Below are positions 1 to 9,200 of a stretch of DNA of 64,000 nucleotides, piece by piece. This DNA comes from a virus, in the IMG/VR virus record IMGVR_UViG_3300034110_000188, positions 2,955 through 66,954 of that record. The stretch is one strand, 5' to 3'. Position numbers and translations under genes: made by a program. The notes under the pieces were generated by a model that saw nothing but the letters and a program-made list of their open reading frames with translations, did not search any database and had not been told where the DNA came from. Position 1 is the first letter of the stretch; each line of letters starts with the position of its first letter.

Positions 1-1
1 A

Positions 2-85
2 GGAGACTACATCATCAAAGGAGTAAAAGGCGAATTTTACCCGTGCAAACCAGACATATTTGAATTGACTTACGAAAAAGTATGA
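2..85 (+). CDS. 3' end of a conserved phage protein (GDYIIKGVKGEFYPCKPDIF family), truncated by window edge
   Basis: Manual translation GDYIIKGVKGEFYPCKPDIFELTYEKV*; stop overlaps next ATG. Confidence 0.7.
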   Translation, partial: GDYIIKGVKGEFYPCKPDIFELTYEKV

Positions 86-258
86 CACAACAAGAACTAC
101 GCGAGTTGTTGAGAAGTTACTTAAGGAGAAACTACTTAACACCATACAAATTCGCGAAAATAGCAGACATACCACAGGACTGTGTGTATAAGTTCCTTAA
201 GGGACGCGACATGAGATTACACAACATTAAAAAACTAGAAGAATGCAAGCTTACGTAA
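82..258 (+). CDS. small Cro/XRE-like HTH protein (58 aa)
   Basis: Manual translation MTQQELRELL...TPYKFAKIADIPQDCVYKFLKG; HTH-like pattern; ATGA coupling. Confidence 0.55.
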   Translation: MTQQELRELLRSYLRRNYLTPYKFAKIADIPQDCVYKFLKGRDMRLHNIKKLEECKLT

Positions 259-557
259 CGTTATTATCAGCAATGCAGGTTGTGCTTAACTGCGCACTTG
301 AACTAGAAGGAACTCCCTACATGCAGGGTAAGGTGAAGCAGAAGGTCAATGAGGCGATCAACGTGATGAACCTGAAGAACGCTAAGAACCGCGACAAGCT
401 TTGGAAGATTGACGACAAGATCGCAGCTGACATGATGATGGCTATTCACACGATCGGTGAGAATATTGCTAAGTGTGACGCAACTGCACTGTCGAACATA
501 ACAGCCATTACGCGCCAGGGAGTGGACTTCAGTAAGTTTAAGTTGGTTGAGATATGA
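243..557 (+). CDS. hypothetical protein
   Basis: 104-aa ORF in an overlapping gene chain. Confidence 0.6.
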   Translation: MQAYVTLLSAMQVVLNCALELEGTPYMQGKVKQKVNEAINVMNLKNAKNRDKLWKIDDKIAADMMMAIHTIGENIAKCDATALSNITAITRQGVDFSKFKLVEI

Positions 558-715
558 ACCAGCTTCCAAACATACTTGAGATGATAGACGCTGTTCAGAA
601 GTACATTAAGGAAAAGAAGGGATTGGACGTTCAGATAGATGTGCCACAGATACTAATGTCGCAGGACCAAGTAAATAAACTAATATACGCTTATAATTAT
701 GCCAGATCTAAGTAA
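554..715 (+). CDS. hypothetical protein (53 aa)
   Basis: Manual translation MNQLPNILEMIDAVQKYIKEKKG...; ATGA overlap with the upstream gene. Confidence 0.55.
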   Translation: MNQLPNILEMIDAVQKYIKEKKGLDVQIDVPQILMSQDQVNKLIYAYNYARSK

Positions 716-914
716 ATGTAGTAATGAAGACTGTAAGAAGAAGTGGTTTTGCTTCAGATATACAGCGGCTCCGTCAATGAGACAGAGTTACTCAGCATTC
801 GATCACAACGATTGCAACTACCAGATTAAACACGACTGCATCCACTGCGGTGGCAGAAAGGTACACAAGATGTCGTGCCCAACAGTCAAACAAATGTTGA
901 TGTTAAATAATTAG
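699..914 (+). CDS. small Cys-rich (Zn-binding?) phage protein
   Basis: MPDLSKC...C...C.RY motif plus CxxC...H...C. Confidence 0.6.
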   Translation: MPDLSKCSNEDCKKKWFCFRYTAAPSMRQSYSAFDHNDCNYQIKHDCIHCGGRKVHKMSCPTVKQMLMLNN

Positions 915-944
915 ACATTGATTTAGAAGACTTAATATGCTAAC

Positions 945-973
945 TGTCGCAAAAACATACTATATTTGCGACA
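945..973 (+). promoter_or_regulatory. groEL promoter (-7 box TATATTTG at 961-968) overlapped by a 9-bp inverted repeat
   Basis: TGTCGCAAA-N11-TTTGCGACA; matches the Bacteroidetes TAnnTTTG consensus. Confidence 0.55.
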
Positions 974-987
974 AAATAAATTAAAAT

Positions 988-2520
988 ATGAATAAAGTAA
1001 TACATAGAGACGCTGAAGGCAGAGCTCAATTAATTGAAGGGATTAGATTATTCTCTGACGCTGTAAAATCTACATTAGGTCCATCAGGAAGGACTGTAAT
1101 TCTACAAGGACATCAATATATTGGAAATCACCACATCACAAAGGATGGAGTTACGGTAGCAAGATCAATCCGATTTGAGAACAAAATACACGACACCGCT
1201 GCACTTATGTTGCGCCAGGCAAGTGAGAAGACTGCATCAGCGGCAGGAGACGGAACAACTACCTCAGTGGTACTAGCAGAGGCGTTTATCAACGCTTTTG
1301 AGAAGTACTACAAGATTGAGCAAGGTTCAGTTATAGACGTTCTAAGAGACGTTCACAAGGTATGTGATGAATTAGTCCGCAAGCTTGATGATATGTCAAT
1401 AGAGGTAACAGGAGACATGCTACAACACGTTGCAACCATCTCCGCAAATAACGACGCTACGATAGGTAAGCTTATCGCTGACATATTCGCTGAGGTTGAT
1501 GTTGTGACGGTTGAGGATTCGAAGGGTGAAGAAGTTTACGCGGAGATTGTAACTGGACTTAAGTTGGATCGTGGCTACGCGTCACGTTACTTCATTACAG
1601 ATGTGAAGAAGCAAGAATGTGTGCTAGACAACCCTTACATTTTATTGTTTGACTCAAACATAGGTGACTTGCACGGAATGGAGCACATCCTAGCTGAAAT
1701 AATAAAAAGCAATAAATCACTCTTAATTATCGGAACGTTGGAGCCGAACGCTATGAACGCGCTTAACTACAACGTACTTAACGGTAACATCAAGGCTGCC
1801 GTGATTGAGCCGCCATCGAACGGATACAGACGCGACGACATTATGCGCGACTTGGCTTATGTGTTGGATGCTCAGTACTACTCAGAAGAAACTGGTGATG
1901 ACTTGCAGATGGTACAGTTGGAGGGACTAGGTCGTGCATCTAAGGTTACGATTACAGATCAGACGACTATTATTGAACCAAACTCAGAGGCAGTTGAGCG
2001 TATTGGATACAGAGTAACTGACTTACAGGCTGAAGAGCCAAGTGCAGATATCGACATCCGACTTCAGGCTATCTCTGGTGGATTTGGTGTAATTCACGTT
2101 GGGGCACCAAGCAGTGTTGAACAGAAAGAAATTAGAGACCGAGTTGATGATGCAGTGGCTGCGATTCGTGCTGCTAAGGAAGAAGGAATTCTACCAGGCG
2201 GAGGATCAGCTATATTGAATGCATTTACTGCCGTGGACATTGACGCTAAAGACGTGGCTTACGAAATCGTGCACTACGCGGTTGAATCTCCACTACGCCA
2301 AATGCTAGTTAACGCTGGAAGACTTGAGACTGACATAAACAGAATTGTTGGTGAGGTTACGAACGGTCCTTTGGGATACAACGTTAAGACGGAAGGTTAC
2401 GAAGACTTAATCGAGACAGGTGTAATTGATCCAACAAAAGTAACAAAGAACGCGATACGTAACTCGATATCTGTTGCGTCAACAATTTTAAGTACTAACT
2501 GTATAATTACTGAACAATAA
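988..2520 (+). CDS. groEL: phage chaperonin GroEL (Cpn60)
   Basis: KSTLGPSGR, ITKDGVTVA, GDGTTTS, RVDDAVAA, GILPGGG and GVIDPTKV motifs; no GGM tail. Confidence 0.97.
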   Translation: MNKVIHRDAEGRAQLIEGIRLFSDAVKSTLGPSGRTVILQGHQYIGNHHITKDGVTVARSIRFENKIHDTAALMLRQASEKTASAAGDGTTTSVVLAEAFINAFEKYYKIEQGSVIDVLRDVHKVCDELVRKLDDMSIEVTGDMLQHVATISANNDATIGKLIADIFAEVDVVTVEDSKGEEVYAEIVTGLKLDRGYASRYFITDVKKQECVLDNPYILLFDSNIGDLHGMEHILAEIIKSNKSLLIIGTLEPNAMNALNYNVLNGNIKAAVIEPPSNGYRRDDIMRDLAYVLDAQYYSEETGDDLQMVQLEGLGRASKVTITDQTTIIEPNSEAVERIGYRVTDLQAEEPSADIDIRLQAISGGFGVIHVGAPSSVEQKEIRDRVDDAVAAIRAAKEEGILPGGGSAILNAFTAVDIDAKDVAYEIVHYAVESPLRQMLVNAGRLETDINRIVGEVTNGPLGYNVKTEGYEDLIETGVIDPTKVTKNAIRNSISVASTILSTNCIITEQ

Positions 2521-2777
2521 TGGCAGTACTAAATAGATTTATCTTAGTTGAGGTAGTCAACGAAAGAAAAAGTGCATCAGGGTTTGAAATGACGGCTTCG
2601 ACCGTCACTGGTGCGCTTTACCAACGAGGCATTGTTAAAGACAAGAGCGATGAGGTCACCACAATGAAGAAAGGTGACGAGATATTTTACAATAAATCTT
2701 CAGGACATTTACTTCGACTGCCTGACGGCAGTAATGTATTTGTAATCCAGGAACGCGACGTTGTAATTGTTATCTAA
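2520..2777 (+). CDS. groES: co-chaperonin GroES-like (Cpn10)
   Basis: 85 aa; KSASG mobile-loop-like segment, KKGDEIFY, VIQERDVV end; coupled to groEL. Confidence 0.8.
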   Translation: MAVLNRFILVEVVNERKSASGFEMTASTVTGALYQRGIVKDKSDEVTTMKKGDEIFYNKSSGHLLRLPDGSNVFVIQERDVVIVI

Positions 2778-2779
2778 CC

Positions 2780-3295
2780 TTACTCGTCAGGACTTACAAG
2801 TACTGTTCGTTCCTGTAACTTCTTTTTACGTAAATCGCGGTTCATTTTACGGATCGCGATTGAGTAAATTCTAGCTTTCTGGTTTGTCTTGTCGATAAGT
2901 CCATTTATTTTGGCTGACTCGCTGATTAGCTGCTCACCATTCAACTTTTTGTATACCGTAGCTACAAGTTGCTTCCCGACAGTAGTAAGTTCGTACAGTG
3001 GTGTTCTGTGGTCTTTATCTGACCTCCACATTCTAACCCACCCGTCTTCAATCATTCTTTCAAGTTTGTATCGATCGAACGGCATAATCATGCTGTAGTC
3101 TTTAAACCTAGTCATAGTGAATATATCTTCACTGTATAGGAAGAATAACATTTCGAGGTGTACAGTCGTGATGTTGTACTTCTTTCTAGCCCAAGCCATT
3201 ACGATTCTATGATACTTTAGATAATCATTTGCTTTATGTCGTCTGTAGACAACTGGAGTAGATTTGACTATTTTAGTGTTTATCTTTTTTCTCAT
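2780..3295 (-). CDS. winged-helix-like DNA-binding protein
   Basis: Basic 171-aa ORF with a LYELTTVGKQLV wing-helix pattern; the only convincing antisense gene in the structural arm; has its own promoter. Confidence 0.55.
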   Translation of the reverse strand: MRKKINTKIVKSTPVVYRRHKANDYLKYHRIVMAWARKKYNITTVHLEMLFFLYSEDIFTMTRFKDYSMIMPFDRYKLERMIEDGWVRMWRSDKDHRTPLYELTTVGKQLVATVYKKLNGEQLISESAKINGLIDKTNQKARIYSIAIRKMNRDLRKKKLQERTVLVSPDE

Positions 3296-3299
3296 AATA

Positions 3300-3317
3300 C
3301 AAAAATAGTTATCTTTG
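3300..3317. promoter_or_regulatory. back-to-back divergent Bacteroidetes-type promoters
   Basis: - strand TATTTTTG (3307-3300) lies 4 nt before ATG 3295; + strand TATCTTTG (3310-3317). Confidence 0.55.
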
Positions 3318-3337
3318 TGAAGAAATACAATAAAAAA

Positions 3338-3610
3338 ATGGCACTAGGAAGAACTGCTAAGTACTACAAGGAAAATCCTGAGGCTTACGCAAAGAAACTC
3401 GCGTACCAGAAGAAGCTTAATAAAAAGCCATCTGAGGTAGATCGTAGAGTTGAGCTTAACAGAGTTAACAGACAGAATCACGCTGCTGGTAAAAGTTCAG
3501 TAGGTGACGGAAAGGATGTTTCTCACATGAAGAACGGTAAGACTACATTAGAAAAGGCAAAGATAAATAGAGCTAGACAAGGTTCAAACGGTAAAACAAC
3601 TAAGAAATAA
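3338..3610 (+). CDS. small basic HNH-like protein
   Basis: GDGKDVSH...NRAR pattern; start moved to ATG 3338, downstream of the promoter. Confidence 0.6.
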   Translation: MALGRTAKYYKENPEAYAKKLAYQKKLNKKPSEVDRRVELNRVNRQNHAAGKSSVGDGKDVSHMKNGKTTLEKAKINRARQGSNGKTTKK

Positions 3611-3873
3611 TGGCAACACAAAAATTACAAGTAAGTAGAGCTGCGGCAGTAACGCCAAGTAATACTGTAGATATTCCATATGTAGCGTACCCAAGTGGAC
3701 CTACATTAGCATGTGTAATTTACACAGGTACAGGTGGCGATATTAAAGTTATGACTGACGGTGGAGATGAAGTAACATTCGTTTCTACTAATCCTGGTAC
3801 ATTCTTACCAGTTCAAGTTGTTCGTGTATTTGCTACAGGAACTTCAGCTACAAACATTTTAGCTCTTTGGTAA
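3610..3873 (+). CDS. small putative virion protein
   Basis: GTFLPVQVVRVFATGTSATNILAL motif common in phage structural regions. Confidence 0.6.
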   Translation: MATQKLQVSRAAAVTPSNTVDIPYVAYPSGPTLACVIYTGTGGDIKVMTDGGDEVTFVSTNPGTFLPVQVVRVFATGTSATNILALW

Positions 3874-3874
3874 G

Positions 3875-4156
3875 ATGCCATCGATTAATGCAATAGCAAT
3901 TGCGATACAGACTGATGTTGTATCCAATGTTTACATTGTAAATAGATACATAAACGACTTTAAGACTCGTGTACTTGCCGACGGCGGTACATTTGAAGCT
4001 CAGACGTGTTTGCAAAAAACTTTAGCAGGTCTATTAATAGAATTTGGTGAAGTTGAAGAGATTGTGTACAATTTTAAAAGCAGAGTATTAGCAGATGGAG
4101 GATCTTTTGAAGCAGAGAGTTGCTTATTAACAACATTAAATGAATTAGACGTATGA
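3875..4156 (+). CDS. putative virion protein with internal duplication
   Basis: FKTRVLADGGTFEAQTCL and FKSRVLADGGSFEAESCL repeats. Confidence 0.6.
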   Translation: MPSINAIAIAIQTDVVSNVYIVNRYINDFKTRVLADGGTFEAQTCLQKTLAGLLIEFGEVEEIVYNFKSRVLADGGSFEAESCLLTTLNELDV

Positions 4157-5358
4157 GTTTATTAGATACAGCGTCACTTATCGTGACACCAAATGGTTAT
4201 AAGGCGGGAACGCTTTATTCAGTTATTCCTAATACAACGTTAGGAGATTTAGACGTAACAAGAGCAACCACAGCGACACGAGTTAATTCAAGTGGATTGA
4301 TTGAAAGCGTAGCAAGTAACGTACCACGTTTAGACTACACAAACGGAAGTTGTCCGAGTATATTAGTAGAGCCACAACGAACTAATTTGTTTAATTATAG
4401 TGAACAATTTGATAATGCTTATTGGACTAAAGTTTCAAGTTCTATTATAGCTAATTCAATTGTTTCTCCTGATGGTTTAACTTCAGCAGATAAATTAACA
4501 GCAACGGGAACTTCGATTCCATGTGTTTATAAAGATTCAACTTTATCAGGAAGTTATACAATTTCTGCTTATGTTAAAAAAGGAACAAGTAATTATTGTT
4601 GGCTTTATTTGCACTCAATTTCTGCTATATTTAATATAGACAACGGAACAATAGTAAGTGGTTCAAATGCTACAATTAATAGTGTTGGTAATGGTTGGTA
4701 TAGAGTTACTTTAACAGCGACATTATCCACTACTGATATTGATTGTATAGGGGTTTCAGATGGAACTTCAATAAACGGAATCACTGGACAATATATTTAC
4801 ATTTGGGGCGCACAACTCGAAGCGGGTTCTTACGCTACTTCTTACATACCTACTACTTCAGCAAGTGTAACACGAAACGCAGATGTAATTAGTAAGACGG
4901 GTATTAGTTCGTTGATAGGACAAACTGAGGGGACTTTGTTTTACGATGGTTATTTCGGAAATAATAATTCAGAGGTTTATTTGTTTTTACAAAAATCAGG
5001 AAGTACAATAGTTGATGATTCAATGTATATACAAAAACAATTTGGAAATCAAATACGTTTTAATTCTTTTCTTTCATCCACAAGTGAAGTAGCTATAACT
5101 GGAGGTTCTTTCTCAATAGGTGATAGAATTAAAATAGCTGTTGGATATAAAAATAATGACTTTGTTATGTATATAAATGGTGTTCAAATAGGAACAGATA
5201 CAAGTGCAACTCCACCGACTTGTGCGAATTTACATTTAGCAACTTTTGCGGGTGACCCAACTAACGAGGTTTATATTGCAAATAAAAGTGTAAACTTAAC
5301 AGCCTTTTGGAAAACACGATTAACTAATACACAAATGCAGACTTTGACAAGCTTATAA
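4153..5358 (+). CDS. virion lectin/ConA (LamG)-like carbohydrate-binding protein
   Basis: PRLDY..EPQRTNL, NGWYRV, WGAQLEAGSYATSYIPT motifs and a LamG-like C-terminus. Confidence 0.7.
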   Translation: MSLLDTASLIVTPNGYKAGTLYSVIPNTTLGDLDVTRATTATRVNSSGLIESVASNVPRLDYTNGSCPSILVEPQRTNLFNYSEQFDNAYWTKVSSSIIANSIVSPDGLTSADKLTATGTSIPCVYKDSTLSGSYTISAYVKKGTSNYCWLYLHSISAIFNIDNGTIVSGSNATINSVGNGWYRVTLTATLSTTDIDCIGVSDGTSINGITGQYIYIWGAQLEAGSYATSYIPTTSASVTRNADVISKTGISSLIGQTEGTLFYDGYFGNNNSEVYLFLQKSGSTIVDDSMYIQKQFGNQIRFNSFLSSTSEVAITGGSFSIGDRIKIAVGYKNNDFVMYINGVQIGTDTSATPPTCANLHLATFAGDPTNEVYIANKSVNLTAFWKTRLTNTQMQTLTSL

Positions 5359-5954
5359 TGCCAATAGTTTATTTACATAGAAAACCAATTGATAATTCGA
5401 TATTTTATGTCGGCATAGGCAATAACAAAAAAAGAGCTTATCATTTTTATGGACGTAATGCTCATTGGAAAAACACATATAATAAACATTCTGTATTTGT
5501 AGATATTGTAGCTGATGTAGAAACAAGGGAAATTGCAAACGAACTTGAAGAGTTTTTAATTCAAGAAATAGGAATTAATAATCTTTGTAATAAAACTTCA
5601 GGTGGTGACGGATTTAAAGGATACCATACTAAGGAGGTAAAAGATAAAATGAGCAAATCTCGAAAAGGAATGTATGCTGGTAAGAAAAGAAGCGAGTATT
5701 TTTGTGAGCAAGTTAGGAAATCAAAAATAGGATATTGCCCAAGTAGACAAGCCATAGAAAACGGAGTGCAAAAAAGAAAAGAAAAAGCAAGTTTAATTAT
5801 TGAGTTAAATAGTGGCTTTATAGGTAAGATTTGGGAAATAGAAAAAGAATTTAATATTGATAGAAAAGCAGTTTACTATAATTGTAAAAAAGAAAAAGCC
5901 ATTTTAACAAGAGAATATAAAGGATTGAAATTTAAAAAATACAAAACACTATGA
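5358..5954 (+). CDS. GIY-YIG-type free-standing homing endonuclease with NUMOD3-like motifs
   Basis: VYLH...FYVGIG...R, E...I...L.N.T.GG, HTKEVKDKMSKS; AT-rich. Confidence 0.75.
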   Translation: MPIVYLHRKPIDNSIFYVGIGNNKKRAYHFYGRNAHWKNTYNKHSVFVDIVADVETREIANELEEFLIQEIGINNLCNKTSGGDGFKGYHTKEVKDKMSKSRKGMYAGKKRSEYFCEQVRKSKIGYCPSRQAIENGVQKRKEKASLIIELNSGFIGKIWEIEKEFNIDRKAVYYNCKKEKAILTREYKGLKFKKYKTL

Positions 5955-6247
5955 TTTACAAACTAATATACACCGACCACGATAGCGCAATTGCTGATTT
6001 ATTAGCTAAAGGCGTTTTGATTAACACAACTGATTTAAACGGTAACGAGATAAACACGTATGCACAAAGTACACACGCAGTAGTTTACATAGGTCAAATA
6101 GTAGATGTTCCTGCAGTAATTGAGAACATGGAAGTAATCAAAGAGGCTACCTATTTAGAAGGTTACCACGTTGACGTAATGACTGACTTAGAGATTGAGT
6201 TCGATAACGCAATAACACCAAACAATCCGAAACACTTATTCGCATGA
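5951..6247 (+). CDS. hypothetical tail-associated protein
   Basis: GYHVDVM...P.NPKH.FA end; coupled to neighbouring genes. Confidence 0.6.
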   Translation: MIYKLIYTDHDSAIADLLAKGVLINTTDLNGNEINTYAQSTHAVVYIGQIVDVPAVIENMEVIKEATYLEGYHVDVMTDLEIEFDNAITPNNPKHLFA

Positions 6248-9200
6248 TAGAGCTTAGACCTGCCAAGTATCTTCTAGGTAGGCTAGCTCCAATGGATAAC
6301 AACGATAAAATTCCGCAGTTTAACCTTGGGGCTGGTACTTACAATTCAACAGTATTCCTCCGAGGAGATGGAATATGGGCTGATCCATTGGCGGCAGGAT
6401 ACGTTCCTACGTCACGTACACTTACAATTAACGGTGTCACTTACGACTTAAGTGCTAACCGAACGTGGACAATTGACACAACGTCAGCTACGTGGGGTAA
6501 CATTACTGGCGTACTTAGTAATCAAACAGATTTACAAACAGCACTTAACTTAAAGGAAGACAAAGCAAACAAAGGTATTCCAAATGGTTACGCTAGCTTA
6601 GCTGGTGACGGAAAGGTACCTAGCACGCAGCTACCAAGTTACGTTGATGACGTAATAGAAGTTGCTAACTTTGCTGCATTACCTGCAATAGGTGAGACAG
6701 GAGTAATTTACATTACGTTAGATAACAACAATGTATATCGTTGGTCTGGCTCAGTTTACGTTCAGATATCTCAGCCGAATGCGGTATGGGGATCAATCAC
6801 AGGAACTTTAAGTAGCCAAACTGACTTACAGTCAGCGCTTAACGCTAAGCAGAACAATATAACTTTAACAACTACAGGAACTTCGGGTGCTGCTACATTA
6901 ATTGGAGCAACGCTTAACATTCCTCGTTACGATAGTTCATTGATAGGTTACGTTCCTTATGTTGGAGCTACAGGTAATGTTAATTTAGGTGAATATGGTT
7001 TATCAGCTGGATGGGTACAAATTGATACATCACCAACTACATACACTCCAGGAGTAGGTAAGTTAGGATGGAATAATCAAGATGGTACTATAGAGTTTCA
7101 GCTTTTAGGAGGTAACGTTACTTTACAGATAGGACAAGAACAAGTTGCACGAGTTGTAAATAAAACAGATCCATCAGTTGATTTATTAGAAGCTAACTAT
7201 CAAGTAGTAAAGGTTGGTGGAGCTCAAGGAAACAGGCTTAAGGTTGCGTTAGCTCAAGCTAACAATGATGCTAATAGCGCAGAAACTTTAGGTATGGTTA
7301 CTGAGACGATACCACATAACCAAGAAGGATTTATTACAACTAGTGGTCTTGTTAGAAATATTAATACAACAGGTTCGTTACAAGGTGAAACTTGGCTAGA
7401 CGGAGATATGTTGTATTTATCTGGAACAGTAGCAGGTATAGTAACTAAAATTAAACCATTAGCGCCAATACATACGGTTATAATAGGTTACGTTGTTCGA
7501 GCTCACGTTACGCAAGGTCAAATTTACGTAAAGGTAGATAACGGATACGAGCTAGGTGAACTTCACGATGTCAACACAACTATCAGCAAGACTACACCGA
7601 TAGACGCTGACTCTGTTTTATTACAAGACACAGCAGATAGCAACATTTGGAAGAAGCTAAGTTGGTTAAATACAAAGGCTACTCTTAAGACATATTTTGA
7701 TACGTTGTATCAAGCAATAGGAAACTATGTTCCTACGTCACGTACAATAACTATAAATAGCACGACGCAAGATTTGTCAGCTAATAGAAGTTGGACAATT
7801 GACAAAGCTTCAGTTGGGTTAGGTAACGTAGATAATACGAGTGACTTAAACAAGCCGATTTCTACTGCTACTCAAACTGCACTTAACGCCAAGCAAGATG
7901 ACATTACGTTGACTACCACTGGTACATCTGGTGCAGCTACGTTGGTTGGCGCTACTTTGAATATCCCACAGTATCAAAGCGTTATAACAAATCCAATCAC
8001 TGGGACTGGGACAACGAACTATGTTTCGAAGTTTACTTCTCCTGGGTCAATTGGAGATTCGTTGATATTTGACAATGGTACTAATGTAGGTGTAGGAACT
8101 AATTTACCTTTAGAAAAGCTACATATAAATGGTAATATTTTATTACCTGTTTCAAATTCTTTATTTTTAGTACCTACTCTTACTACATACGGAATCGGTA
8201 CTCCAAATAGCGACGGTGTTCAGATATTTACAGGAGCTGGGGATTGGATTAGATTCGGTCACATGAGTGGTGTAAATACATTTACTGATCGAATGGTGAT
8301 TTCTGGATCTGGTAACGTAGGTATAGCAACTACTAACCCATTGTATAGATTAGATGTCGCTGGCATTGTAAACACAAGTTCTTTCTACAGAGTAACAAAC
8401 GGTTCAACATTAACTGGTGCAATCGGTTCTGAATTAGCTATTTTTGGCGCTGGAGGAAATAACTGGATATTTTATAATCCAAACGCCACAAGCAATGTAT
8501 TTTATACATCTGGATCTGAAAAAATGCGTATCACACCAGGTGGTTCATTATTACTTGGTGACACAATTGTACCATATGAATCAGCATGGTTTGGAACATC
8601 TGTTTTTGGTAAAAATGGAACAGATAAAGTAATTGCTGGATTTTTAAGTTCATCAACAAATGGTGCTGTAATTGGTGGACATAATTCAGCATTAAGCGCT
8701 TGGGCTAATTTGAATATAAATGGAGGTGATATTATTTTTAGAAGTGATGAAAACGAAAAAGTAAGAATAAAATCAAATGGAAATGTAGGAATCGGAACAT
8801 CAAATCCAAACAGAAAATTAACTGTTTCTGGTGAAATCAGTTCAAATTACGGTTCAAATCAAGGTGCGTTATGGTTAGGTGAAGTTGTAAATCAAGTAGC
8901 TTCTTTTACTAGTTATGGTATATTGGATTTTACTTTACATCATGGATCTGGATATGCTGATATTATGCGTATTCAAGGAAATGGTAGAGTTGGTATAGGA
9001 ACTACCAATCCTAATGGACTATTGGAGGTATATGCAGGTAATTCTGGGGGACTAGGTGGTCACATTATTATAAACAATAATGGATTAGCTGTAGGTAGTT
9101 CAACAGCTTTAATATTTCAAGATGGTAGTGCTGGAAGTGCTAGAGGTGCAATTAGTACAACAACAGAGAATAGTCCATATTATGGACAAATGGATTTTAA

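Noticed and set aside
945-973. CIRCE element
   Set aside because: Arm sequence and spacing differ from TTAGCACTC-N9-GAGTGCTAA.
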